Part shown: piece after piece, positions 1 to 10,869 of the stretch
Layout: each line of letters starts with the position of its first letter
How positions within the stretch are numbered: position 1 is the stretch's first letter
Assembly: GCA_047459075.1 (NCBI GenBank)
Contig: VSCH01000001.1
Span: forward strand, 21,645 to 85,644
DNA: 64,000 nucleotides
DNA from: Acidimicrobiia bacterium
GTDB taxonomy: Bacteria > Actinomycetota > Acidimicrobiia > Acidimicrobiales > VFJN01
Direction of reading: 5' to 3'
The notes under the pieces: model-generated
Told to the model about the DNA's origin: nothing
Database searches by the model: none
What the model saw: the letters and a program-made list of their open reading frames with translations, nothing else
Program-made: the position numbers and the translations under genes

Positions 1-1
1 G

Positions 2-85
2 GCGGCGCTGCTGCGCGAGCTCGGCTACCCGCCCGAGCTCTACGAGTCCGACGCGGACGACGCCGCCGAGGCCCGCCGCGGCTGA
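2..85 (+). CDS. 3' end of a CDS that starts upstream of the window (product unknown)
   Basis: In-frame GC3-rich codons ending at TGA 83-85 (...AALLRELGYPPELYESDADDAAEARRG*). Too short to assign a family. Confidence 0.3.
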   Translation, partial: AALLRELGYPPELYESDADDAAEARRG

Positions 86-99
86 CCGGCGCGGGCCCC

Positions 100-127
100 G
101 ACGGCCGACCCGGCGGCGGGCCGGCCG

Positions 128-129
<2 letters not shown>
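100..129. terminator. GC-rich hairpin between convergent genes (possible bidirectional terminator)
   Basis: GACGGCCG-A-CCCG-GCGG-CGGG-C-CGGCCGTC. The right arm overlaps the clpB stop (TCA 128-130). No U-tract. Confidence 0.35.
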
Positions 130-2635
<2,506 letters not shown>

Positions 2636-2660
2636 GGGGTCAGGCTACCCCCGGCTCAGG

Positions 2661-2687
2661 AAAGTTGATACCTAAGCGCTCAACTTT
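2661..2687 (-). promoter_or_regulatory. HAIR-like inverted repeat (putative HspR operator) upstream of clpB
   Basis: AAAGTTGA-N11-TCAACTTT, perfect 8-bp arms, 26 nt upstream of the clpB ATG. The same architecture occurs upstream of dnaK (18675-18701). Core GTTGAGC-N7-TATCAAC (gene-sense minus-strand orientation) compares with canonical HAIR CTTGAGT-N7-ACTCAAG. Confidence 0.6.
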
Positions 2688-2694
2688 TGGTGGT

Positions 2695-4470
2695 TCAGTC
2701 CCCCGCCCGGGGCTGGGCGACCGGGGCCCACTCGGCGTCCGGGTCGCCCTCGTCGTCCCAGCCGCGCCCGTGGCGACCGTTGCTCGGCGCGCCCCGCCGG
2801 CTGGCGTGGCGGGCCGGCGTGCTGACCGCCTCGTAGCGGTAGGGCTCGCCACTGAAGGTCTCCTCCGCCGACAGGCTGTTCATCACCGTGCCCATGAGCG
2901 GCGCGTCCATCTGGCGCAGCAGCTCGACCGCCCGGGTGAGGCTGCGCTTCGAGGTCTTGTTGGCCGAGGTGACCAGCAGGGTCGTGTCGGCCATGCGGGC
3001 GAGCACCAGCGCGTCGCTGACCGGCAGCACCGGCGGGCTGTCGACCACGACGACGTCGTAGGTCTGGCCCAGCACGTCGATGAGCCGGCGGGCGCGCTCG
3101 CCGCTCAGCAGCTCCGACGGGTTCGGCGGCGGCTGCCCCGCGGGCAGCACCGACAGGTTGGGCACCGCCGGCGCCGACTGGATGGCCTGGGGCAGGGTCA
3201 CGTCGCCGATGAGCACGGCCGTGAGCCCCGGCGTCAGCGGCACCTCGAGCACCTCCTCCATGCGGGGGCGCCGCAGGTCGCCGCCGACGATGACGACCCG
3301 GTCGCCGGCCTGGGCGAAGGCGACGGCCAGGTTGACCGCCACCATCGTCTTGCCCTCGCCGGGCGACGGGCTGGTGACCTGCACGACCCGCACCTGGCGC
3401 TCGACGCCGAGGAACTTGACCGACGTCCGCAGCATGCGGAACGCCTCGGCCGCCGGCGCCGTCGGGTGGGTGGCAGTCACGAGGTCGTCCTGACCCTCGA
3501 TCTTGGGGATGAGGCCCAGGGTGGCGACGCCGGTGACCCGCTCGGCCATCTCCTTCGTCTTCACCGAGTCGTCGAAGTAGTCGCGGACGAAGGCCAGGAC
3601 CGCGCCGAGGAAGAGGCCGAACACCAGGCCGATCGCCAGGTTCAGCGGGATGTTGCGGTTGACCGGCGTGTCGGGCGCCCAGGCCGGGCTGAGCAGCTCG
3701 GCCCCGCCGCCGGGCGCGAGCTCGATGCCGAGGTTCAGGTCGCCGAGGAGGTTGCGGATCTCCGAGGCCTGCGACTGGAGCGGCTGGAGCTCCGGGGCCA
3801 GGCCCTCCATGGTCGCCTCGCGCTGGGCGAGCAGCGTGGCCGGGTCGCCCCGCCCCTCGGCGATCTGGGCGTCGATCTCCCGGACCGGCGCCATGACCTC
3901 CTCGATGCGCTGCTCGGTCTCGCGCAGCAGCGAGTTGAGGCGCTCCTTGGTGGTGAGGAGCGCCTCCTGGTCCTTGGCGGCCCGCAGCGAGACGTAGGTG
4001 CGGGCGTAGGTGTTGACGAGGGTGGCCGCCGCCGCCGGGTCGGTGGAGACGAGCGACAGCTCGACGATGCTGCTCGTCTTGTTGGGGTCGCCCCGCTTGA
4101 CCTCGGTGACGTTGACCCGCCACACGTCGCTGTCGGGCAGCGAGCCGTCGTAGGCGCGCGCCACCGCGGCCCGCACCTCGGACGAGCCGACGTAGGTGAG
4201 CTGGTTGACCGCCTGGCGCTCCAGGTCGACGCTGCCGGAGGCGCCGAAGATCATGGCGACGTGGTCGGCGGCGCCGGTCGTCGACACCTGGGCCCGGACC
4301 CGGTACTGGGGCTCGGGGATGATCGAGACCGCGACCGCCACCCCCACGCAGAGCACGGTGGTCAGGATGACCAGCCACCGCCGACGGGCGATGACCCCCA
4401 GATAGGACCTGAGGTCCGGCTCCTCCAGCTGCGGGTCCATCGGCGGAGCAGCGTACATGTCCCCCGTCAC
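2695..4470 (-). CDS. Polysaccharide co-polymerase / tyrosine autokinase (fused Wzz-like + BY-kinase, Wzc-type)
   Basis: Two TM segments flank a long periplasmic-type coiled region. The C-terminal P-loop domain has Walker A SPSPGEGKT, A' VVIVGGDLRRP, B YDVVVVDSPP, and a short Tyr tail (PYRYE). An alternative ATG start lies at 4458. Confidence 0.85.
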   Translation of the reverse strand: MTGDMYAAPPMDPQLEEPDLRSYLGVIARRRWLVILTTVLCVGVAVAVSIIPEPQYRVRAQVSTTGAADHVAMIFGASGSVDLERQAVNQLTYVGSSEVRAAVARAYDGSLPDSDVWRVNVTEVKRGDPNKTSSIVELSLVSTDPAAAATLVNTYARTYVSLRAAKDQEALLTTKERLNSLLRETEQRIEEVMAPVREIDAQIAEGRGDPATLLAQREATMEGLAPELQPLQSQASEIRNLLGDLNLGIELAPGGGAELLSPAWAPDTPVNRNIPLNLAIGLVFGLFLGAVLAFVRDYFDDSVKTKEMAERVTGVATLGLIPKIEGQDDLVTATHPTAPAAEAFRMLRTSVKFLGVERQVRVVQVTSPSPGEGKTMVAVNLAVAFAQAGDRVVIVGGDLRRPRMEEVLEVPLTPGLTAVLIGDVTLPQAIQSAPAVPNLSVLPAGQPPPNPSELLSGERARRLIDVLGQTYDVVVVDSPPVLPVSDALVLARMADTTLLVTSANKTSKRSLTRAVELLRQMDAPLMGTVMNSLSAEETFSGEPYRYEAVSTPARHASRRGAPSNGRHGRGWDDEGDPDAEWAPVAQPRAGD

Positions 4471-4551
4471 CCCAACCAGCGGTCGTGTGGCCGGCGGGGA
4501 CGGTGAGCGGTGCTACCGTCACCCACGGGGACGACCGACGGGGAGCAGCCC

Positions 4552-5946
4552 ATGCGGACCTCGCGCCCACCGGCCGCGACCGACGACCTCGCAGCGCCCG
4601 CGCTGCCGCCGCCCGACGCGCCGGCGGCACCCCCCGGTCGACCGCCGGCCCGGGCCCAGGGCGTGGCCATGCAGCTCGTGCTGCTCGGCACCTTCACGCT
4701 GTCGTTCATGACCTGGCGGGTCGGCAGCGTGCAGGTCTCCGACGGCATCTTCCTGTGCGCCGCCGTCGTCATCGTCTTCAAGCTGCTGGCCGGCGCGGAC
4801 GCCGACCTCGCCCCGGCGCACGCGCGGCGGGGGACCGTGCTCGTGCTCGTCGGGTCGCTGCTGCTCATCGCCGGCGGCACGCTGTCGAGCTTCCGCTCGT
4901 GGAACCCGACCGAGTCGATCAGCGTCGTCCTGCGCTTCGCCTGGGTGACGCTCGTCCTGTTCTGGATCCTGCGGGCCGTCTGCCGCGACCGCGACGACCT
5001 CGACCGGGTGCTGCGGGCCTGGAAGGCCTCGTGCCTCGTCAACGCCGGCGCCGCGCTGCTGGGCATGGCCGGCGTCGCGTTCGAGACGCCCCACAACGGC
5101 AACCGCCAGGTCGGCATGACCTTCCACCCCAACCACCTCGCGGCCCAGCTGGCGGCGACCTTCGTCTTCTTCCTCCTCGGCGTGCCCGCGACCCGGGGGC
5201 TCGGCGACCGCCGGGCCCAGGTCTGGTGGCTCACGTCCCTCGGGATGGTGGCGGTCGCGCTGTTCTCGACCGGCTCCCTCACCGGGCTCGCCGCCGTCGT
5301 CGCCGGCGCGGCCGCGGCGGGGGTGGCCTTCGTCGCCACCCGGGCCCCGTCCCGGCGTCGCCGGTCGCCGTTCACGCCGCTCGTCGTCGTCGCCGTGCTG
5401 ACCGCCGGGGCGGTGCTGCTCTTCACCAGCGACCTGCCGGTCGTCGACCGGCTGCTCGGCCTGCGGGAGGGCGACCGGCACGTCGTGGCCAGCGTCGACT
5501 CCCGGGGCCGGCGCAACGAGATGGTCATCGACCGGTTCGACCAGTTCCTGGTCGTCGGCTACGGCTTCAACCTCGGCACCGCCCGCCTGGACCCGGTCAA
5601 CCCCGACAACCCCGACGTCCGCAACTTCGGCGTCCACAACATGTACCTGTCGGTGCTCTACCAGGCCGGGCTGCCCGCCCTCCTCGGCGTGCTCCTCATG
5701 CTGACGACCACCCTGCGGCAGCTCGTCGCGCTGCGCCTGCGCGCCGACCCGCACCTGCGCATGCTCGTCGTCGGCCTGATCGGCAGCTTCGCGGCCGTCA
5801 CCACCACCGCCATGTTCCAGCCGACGACGTTCGACCGGTTCTTCTGGATGCCGGTCGCCCTCACCGGCGCCCTGTGGTCGGTCCGCCGTGCCGAGCTGCG
5901 CGCCGGCCGCGACGGCGCGCAGCCGCCCCGCACCCCGGCCGCCTGA
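4552..5946 (+). CDS. O-antigen ligase/Wzy-family polytopic membrane protein (paralogue 1)
   Basis: Multi-TM ORF with a Wzy_C-like segment (GVHNMYLSVLYQAGLPALLG). Start chosen at ATG 4552, with GGGGAG upstream; the ORF-track start at 4510 is GTG. Confidence 0.7.
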   Translation: MRTSRPPAATDDLAAPALPPPDAPAAPPGRPPARAQGVAMQLVLLGTFTLSFMTWRVGSVQVSDGIFLCAAVVIVFKLLAGADADLAPAHARRGTVLVLVGSLLLIAGGTLSSFRSWNPTESISVVLRFAWVTLVLFWILRAVCRDRDDLDRVLRAWKASCLVNAGAALLGMAGVAFETPHNGNRQVGMTFHPNHLAAQLAATFVFFLLGVPATRGLGDRRAQVWWLTSLGMVAVALFSTGSLTGLAAVVAGAAAAGVAFVATRAPSRRRRSPFTPLVVVAVLTAGAVLLFTSDLPVVDRLLGLREGDRHVVASVDSRGRRNEMVIDRFDQFLVVGYGFNLGTARLDPVNPDNPDVRNFGVHNMYLSVLYQAGLPALLGVLLMLTTTLRQLVALRLRADPHLRMLVVGLIGSFAAVTTTAMFQPTTFDRFFWMPVALTGALWSVRRAELRAGRDGAQPPRTPAA

Positions 5947-6042
5947 CGCCGGCCCCGGACCGCCCCGACTGGACGGGACCGGCGCGACCCCGGCTACCGT
6001 GCCGCCCGAGCCGGGGACGGCGGGCGGTCAGCGGGGAAGGAC

Positions 6043-7407
6043 ATGCTGGGGATCGACGGAGGAGCGACGCTCCCGGTGCGACGGCGCGCAGCGGCCGATG
6101 CCGCCCCGCGCGACCCGGCGCTCCTGCTCGCCGTGGCCGGCACGTTCACCCTCGGGATGATCGAGGTCGGCGTCAGCGAGTTCGGCATCAGCGACGTGAT
6201 GTACCTCGGCGCCGGCGTGCTCGTCGTCGTGCACCTGCTGACCGGCCGGCACGCGGGGCTGGCACCGGCCGAGTCCCGCCGCAGCCCGCAGCTCGTCCTG
6301 GTCGGCAGCACGCTGCTGCTGGCCGCCGGCACGCTGTCGTCGTTCCGCTCCTGGGACCCCGGCCGCTCGCTGCTCGTCGTCGCCCGCATCGGCTACCTGA
6401 CGCTGGTCTGGTTCTGGATCCTGCGGGCCGTCACGCCGACGCGCGCCGCGCTCGCCGCGCTGCTGCGGGCCTGGCGGTGGGGCGTCGCCTTCGTCGTCGC
6501 CGCGGCGGCGCTCGACGAGGTCGGGGTCATCCACATCAGCGCCGAGAACAGCGAGGGCCGGCAGACGGCCTTCACCGGCCACCCCAACGACCTCGCCGGC
6601 TACCTCGTCGTCGTGCTGCCCCTCCTCCTGCTCGGCGTGCCGGCCACACCCGGCCGGTCCCGCCGGGCCGAGCTGGCCTGGCGCGCCGGTCTGACCGGCT
6701 GGACCCTCTACGGCGTCTCGATGTCCGGCTCGCTCACCGGGCTGCTGGCGGCCGGCTTCTCGATGGTCGCCACGGTCGCCGTCCTGGTGCTCCTCCCGCC
6801 GGGCCAGCGGCGCCGGCGCAGCCCGCTCGCCGTCGTCGGCTTCGGGGCGCTGGCCGTCGTCGGCGCCGTGCTGCTGTTCACCTCCGACCTGCCGGTCGTC
6901 GAGCGCATCGAGCGCTACCAGTCGGGCGACCGCTACGTCACGAGCAGCGTCAGCATGCGGGGCCAGCTCAACGCCCAGGTGATCGGCAACTTCGACAAGT
7001 GGCTCGTGACCGGCACGAGCCTCGACACCCGCACCGCCTACCGGTCGGGGGCGATCGAGGGCACGGTCAGCGGCGGCGTGCACAACATGTACCTGAAGGT
7101 GCTGCTCGAGGCCGGCCTGCCCGCGCTCGTCGGCCTGCTGGTCGTGCTGGGGGCGACGCTCCGGGCGGCGATCCGCCTCGTCGTCCACACCCGCCACGGA
7201 CCGCTCTACCCGGTGGCGGTCGCCCTGACGGCCTCGTTCGGGACGGCGTGCGTGTTCGCCAACTTCGGCCCGATCCTCTACCACCGGTTCTTCTGGCTGC
7301 CGACGGCGCTCGTCTGGTGCCTGTGGGCCGTGTGCCGGGCCGAGGCCCGCCAGCGGGCGGCGCGGCCCGGGGACGCCGTCGGGATCAGTCCCGCAGCGCG
7401 CCGCTGA
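6043..7407 (+). CDS. O-antigen ligase/Wzy-family polytopic membrane protein (paralogue 2)
   Basis: Collinear with paralogue 1 through shared blocks GTLSSFRSW, FWILRAV, LLGVPAT, GSLTGL, RRRRSP, AVLLFTSDLPVV, GVHNMYL, AGLPAL, RFFW.P.AL. ATG is preceded by GGGGAAGGA. Confidence 0.7.
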   Translation: MLGIDGGATLPVRRRAAADAAPRDPALLLAVAGTFTLGMIEVGVSEFGISDVMYLGAGVLVVVHLLTGRHAGLAPAESRRSPQLVLVGSTLLLAAGTLSSFRSWDPGRSLLVVARIGYLTLVWFWILRAVTPTRAALAALLRAWRWGVAFVVAAAALDEVGVIHISAENSEGRQTAFTGHPNDLAGYLVVVLPLLLLGVPATPGRSRRAELAWRAGLTGWTLYGVSMSGSLTGLLAAGFSMVATVAVLVLLPPGQRRRRSPLAVVGFGALAVVGAVLLFTSDLPVVERIERYQSGDRYVTSSVSMRGQLNAQVIGNFDKWLVTGTSLDTRTAYRSGAIEGTVSGGVHNMYLKVLLEAGLPALVGLLVVLGATLRAAIRLVVHTRHGPLYPVAVALTASFGTACVFANFGPILYHRFFWLPTALVWCLWAVCRAEARQRAARPGDAVGISPAARR

Positions 7408-8560
7408 CCCGCTGCGCCGGCCCGCGTGCGCCGGGCGGGCGGGCCGGGTCGCCGAGGCCCAGGGTCGCCCGCAGCTCGAGGATGCGCTCCTCCAGCAGGC
7501 GGGCCCAGCGCGCCGGCGTGTACTGGCGGCTCAGCTCCTGGCTGGCCACGCTCATGGCCCGGCGCTCGTCGTCGCCGGCGGCGGCGATGCGGGCCATCGC
7601 CCGGGCCAGGCCCTCGACGTCGTCGGGGCTGACGACGGCGCCGTTGTAGCCGTCGAGCACCAGCCGCGTGGCCGCGCCGCACCTGCGGGTGCAGACGACG
7701 GGCAGGCCGGCGGAGACCGCCTCGTGCACGACGACCGCCCAGGGCTCGTGGCGGCTGGGCAGCACGAGGCACCCCGCCCGCTCGAACACGGCCGGCAGGT
7801 CGGGCGGCTGCACGAACCCGAGCATCTCGACGCCCTCGAGGCCGGCCAGCTCGTCCGCGAGCGGACCCACCCCCGCCACGAGCAGCGGCCACGGGTCCTC
7901 CGCCGCCGCCCGGTAGGCCCGGTAGGCGGCGGCCAGGACGTCGACCCCCTTGTCGGGCACGAGCCGGCCCACGAACAGGAAGCGGCGGGGCGGGGCGGCG
8001 TCGCCCCGGCGCTCGGCGACCTGCGCGAACAGCGGCTGGTCGCAGGTGTTGACCCCCCACAGCAGGCGCTCGGCCGGGAAGCCGAGCCGCTCGGCGAAGA
8101 CGGCCTGGCGCTCGTCGCAGACGAAGGCCGCGTCGTAGGTGGGGTGCAGGAGCACCGGGGCCACGACCCGGGCGGCCAGCTGCTTGGGCGTGGCGGTCCA
8201 CTGGTTGTGGACGGTGACGATGCGCAGCGTCCGGCCCCGCAGGCGGCGGGCGGCGCGGCGGTAGGCGCCGATGTGCCACGAGTTGACCACCAGCGCGTGC
8301 GGGCGGAACTCGTCGAGGAGGGCCGTGAGCTCGGCCTCGTCGGGCGCGCCGCTCCAGGACACCGACCGGAAGCCGGCCGTCAGCGCGGCGTCGTCGAACG
8401 GCGCCCACCGCCCCGCCCGCTCGTGCACGACGAGCAGGTCGACGCCCCGGTCCACCAGGGCGTGCAGCGACGCCGAGAGGTAGCCGGACAGGCAGGACCA
8501 GAGCACGCAGACCCGCAGCTCGCCTCGGGAGCCGGCACCGTTCGTCATCGCCTCAGCCAT
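7385..8560 (-). CDS. Glycosyltransferase, GT4 (GT-B fold)
   Basis: C-terminal GT4 signature FVGRLVPDKGVDVL ... LPSRHEPWAVVVHEAVSAGLPVVCT ... GYNG. An alternative ATG lies at 8548. Confidence 0.8.
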   Translation of the reverse strand: MAEAMTNGAGSRGELRVCVLWSCLSGYLSASLHALVDRGVDLLVVHERAGRWAPFDDAALTAGFRSVSWSGAPDEAELTALLDEFRPHALVVNSWHIGAYRRAARRLRGRTLRIVTVHNQWTATPKQLAARVVAPVLLHPTYDAAFVCDERQAVFAERLGFPAERLLWGVNTCDQPLFAQVAERRGDAAPPRRFLFVGRLVPDKGVDVLAAAYRAYRAAAEDPWPLLVAGVGPLADELAGLEGVEMLGFVQPPDLPAVFERAGCLVLPSRHEPWAVVVHEAVSAGLPVVCTRRCGAATRLVLDGYNGAVVSPDDVEGLARAMARIAAAGDDERRAMSVASQELSRQYTPARWARLLEERILELRATLGLGDPARPPGARGPAQRVSGALRD

Positions 8561-9875
8561 GCTCGACCGTCCCTGCCGTCGCCAGTCGCAGCTCGTCCGT
8601 CCCGTCGCCGGCGGCCGCGCCCGCCCCCGCGCCGGCGCGGGCGGCCGCCGGCCCGTGCACGAGGAAGGCCCGCCACCACACCACGCTCGTCACCAGGCGG
8701 GCGGCGGCGAAGCCGAGGGCGAAGCCGACGGCACCGCCCCACCACGTGCCGAGCACCGGCAGCACCAGCTCGCCCGGCAGGCTGGTCAGGCGGGCCCGGA
8801 GGCTGGCCCGGGCGTCGCCCAGCGCCCGCACGCCCGCGAACCCGCCCGTGGCCGCCGAGCCGACGATCATCGCCACGCCCATGGGCAGCACCAGGTCGCG
8901 GCCCTCGGCCCACGAGTCGCCGAACAGCATCTCGCCGCCCCGGTCGGGCAGGGCGAGCGCCACGACCATCCAGGCCGCGGCCGCCGCCACGATCAGGGCG
9001 GTGGCCCGCACGGCCAGCCGCCGCAGCCGCGGCGGGTCGGTGCGGACCCGGGCGCCGTCGGGCACGACGGCCATGTAGATGCCCCGGTGGATGGTGTTGA
9101 GCGGGCCGTAGAGGATCTGCGACGCCCGCACGGCGCCGAGGGCGGCGATGCCGGCCAGCCCGCTGACCGCCGCCAGCGTCAGCTGCTGCCCGGCCTGCGC
9201 GGTCAGGTACTCGCCGAAGAACCGCGTCGTCGTCACCCGCTCGGCCGACAGCCAGCGCAGCGGCGGCAGCCGCCAGGTGAGGAAGCGCCGGTCGGCCACC
9301 GCGGCCACGGCCACCGCCGGCGCGGCGGTCAGCCCCCAGGCGGCCACGAACCAGCCGGCGCCGGCCCCCGCCGGGGCCGCGGCCAGGACCGCGCACACCG
9401 CGACCAGCCACACGACGTCGAGCAGCAGCGCCGTGCCCGCCCGGTCGATGATGCAGACGAACCGCCAGGTGTCCTGCACGAGGACCACCGGGATGACGAC
9501 GGCGAAGGCGAGCAGCGCCGACGACGACGGCGGCTCCAGCAGCACGCCGACGGCGGCGGCGCCCACGGCCGCCACCGCCGACACGGTGAGGGTGGCGCCC
9601 AGGATCTCGGGCAGCCGCCGCCCCCGGCGCTCGGCGTCCTCGGCCGAGTGGATCGACAGCAGCACCTCGCCGACCAGGGCGCGGCAAGCGCCCTGGACGA
9701 GGAAGTAGGCCACCCAGGCCAGGCCGAAGGCCCCGAAGCCCTCGGCCGACAGCGCCCGGGCCGCGAAGATCCCGACCAGGGTGTTCGACAGGCTCGACGC
9801 GGCCTGGTCGGCCATGACCAGCGCCCGGCGCCGGTTCGTCGGATCGGCCAGGCGGCGCGCCGGGAGCGGTCCCAC
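8553..9875 (-). CDS. Polytopic membrane protein, probable Wzx/MOP-family oligosaccharide flippase
   Basis: 440-aa ORF with about 12 or more hydrophobic segments, embedded between glycosyltransferase and sugar-nucleotide genes. The family call rests on topology and context only. Confidence 0.55.
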   Translation of the reverse strand: MGPLPARRLADPTNRRRALVMADQAASSLSNTLVGIFAARALSAEGFGAFGLAWVAYFLVQGACRALVGEVLLSIHSAEDAERRGRRLPEILGATLTVSAVAAVGAAAVGVLLEPPSSSALLAFAVVIPVVLVQDTWRFVCIIDRAGTALLLDVVWLVAVCAVLAAAPAGAGAGWFVAAWGLTAAPAVAVAAVADRRFLTWRLPPLRWLSAERVTTTRFFGEYLTAQAGQQLTLAAVSGLAGIAALGAVRASQILYGPLNTIHRGIYMAVVPDGARVRTDPPRLRRLAVRATALIVAAAAAWMVVALALPDRGGEMLFGDSWAEGRDLVLPMGVAMIVGSAATGGFAGVRALGDARASLRARLTSLPGELVLPVLGTWWGGAVGFALGFAAARLVTSVVWWRAFLVHGPAAARAGAGAGAAAGDGTDELRLATAGTVEHG

Positions 9876-9881
9876 CGGTGG

Positions 9882-10862
9882 TCAGCCGTGCTGCATCGTG
9901 GCCGCGACCTGGTCGTAGACCCACGCGTAGGTGGCGGCCAGCCCGTCCTCGAGGCTGATCGACGGCGCCCAGCCCAGGCGCTCGCGGATCAGCGTGTTGT
10001 CGCTGTTGCGCCCCCGCACGCCCTGCGGCGCGTCGAGCTTGTAGCGGCGCTCGAGCTTGACGCCCGCGATGTCCTCGACGATGTCGACCAGCTGGTCGAT
10101 GGTGACGAGCTGGTCGCTGCCGACGTTGATCGGCTCGCGGACGTCGCTGGCCATCAGCCGCAGCGTGCCCTCGAGGCAGTCGTCGATGTAGGTGAAGCTG
10201 CGGGTCTGCTGGCCGTCGCCCCAGATCTCGATGGTGTGGTCCCCGGTGAGCACGGCGGTGGCCACCTTGCGGCAGATGGCCGCGGGGGCCTTCTCCCGCC
10301 CGCCCCGCCAGGTGCCGAGCGGCCCGTAGATGTTGTGGTAGCGGGCCACCCGGGTCTCGAGCCCGAAGTCCTCGTAGAAGTGCCGGGCCATGCGCTCGCT
10401 GAACAGCTTCTCCCAGCCGTAGCCGTCCTCGGGGTCGGCCGGGTAGGCGTCCGACTCGCGCAGCGGCCTCACCTCGGGCGTGGACTGCTTGTCGGCGGCG
10501 TAGACGCACGCCGACGACGAGTAGAAGAACCGCTCGACGCCGGCGTCGCGGGCGGCGACGAGCATGTGCGTCGACACGAGCACCGAGAGCATGCACAGGG
10601 CCTTGTTGTTCTCGATGAAGCCCATGCCGCCCATGTCGGCGGCCAGGTTGAACACCGTGTCGACGCCCTCGGTGACGTCCCGGCAGGCATCGAGGAGCTG
10701 GAGGTCGGCCTGGACGTTCTCGACGTCGTCGAAGACCTGGTACCACTCGTCCTTCGGCTTGCAGTCGACGGCGCGGATCCGGCCCACGCCCTCCTCGCGC
10801 AGCCGCCTGACGAGGTGCCCCCCGATGAACCCGCCGGCCCCGGTGACGAGAACGTGCTGCAT
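9882..10862 (-). CDS. NAD-dependent epimerase, GDP-mannose 3,5-epimerase (GME)-like
   Basis: Rossmann motif VTGAGGFIG. It has long blocks that match plant GME as I remember it: VFNLAADMGGMGFI, RFFYSSSACVY, YGWEKL, HNIYGPLGTWRGGREKAPAAICRK, WGDGQQTRSFTYIDDC, GVRGRNSDNTLIRERLGWAP. Start set at ATG 10862 (MQHVLVTGAGG). Confidence 0.8.
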   Translation of the reverse strand: MQHVLVTGAGGFIGGHLVRRLREEGVGRIRAVDCKPKDEWYQVFDDVENVQADLQLLDACRDVTEGVDTVFNLAADMGGMGFIENNKALCMLSVLVSTHMLVAARDAGVERFFYSSSACVYAADKQSTPEVRPLRESDAYPADPEDGYGWEKLFSERMARHFYEDFGLETRVARYHNIYGPLGTWRGGREKAPAAICRKVATAVLTGDHTIEIWGDGQQTRSFTYIDDCLEGTLRLMASDVREPINVGSDQLVTIDQLVDIVEDIAGVKLERRYKLDAPQGVRGRNSDNTLIRERLGWAPSISLEDGLAATYAWVYDQVAATMQHG

Positions 10863-10869
10863 GACGGTG

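Noticed and set aside
4485-7649. 1054-aa + strand ORF spanning both Wzy-like genes in another frame. Similar giant ORFs occur at 8559..10949, 24491..28261, 27792..31100, 33922..36228, 38113..41298 (5' part) and 57304..59919.
   Set aside because: The translations are Arg/Pro/Gly/Ala homopolymer-like, which is typical of off-frame reading of >70% GC DNA. Each region is already explained by a gene with clear family motifs in another frame or strand. Only the 3' tails of some of these ORFs are real: trpB2, fabF, accD, fabZ, the esterase and the small Zn-ribbon protein.
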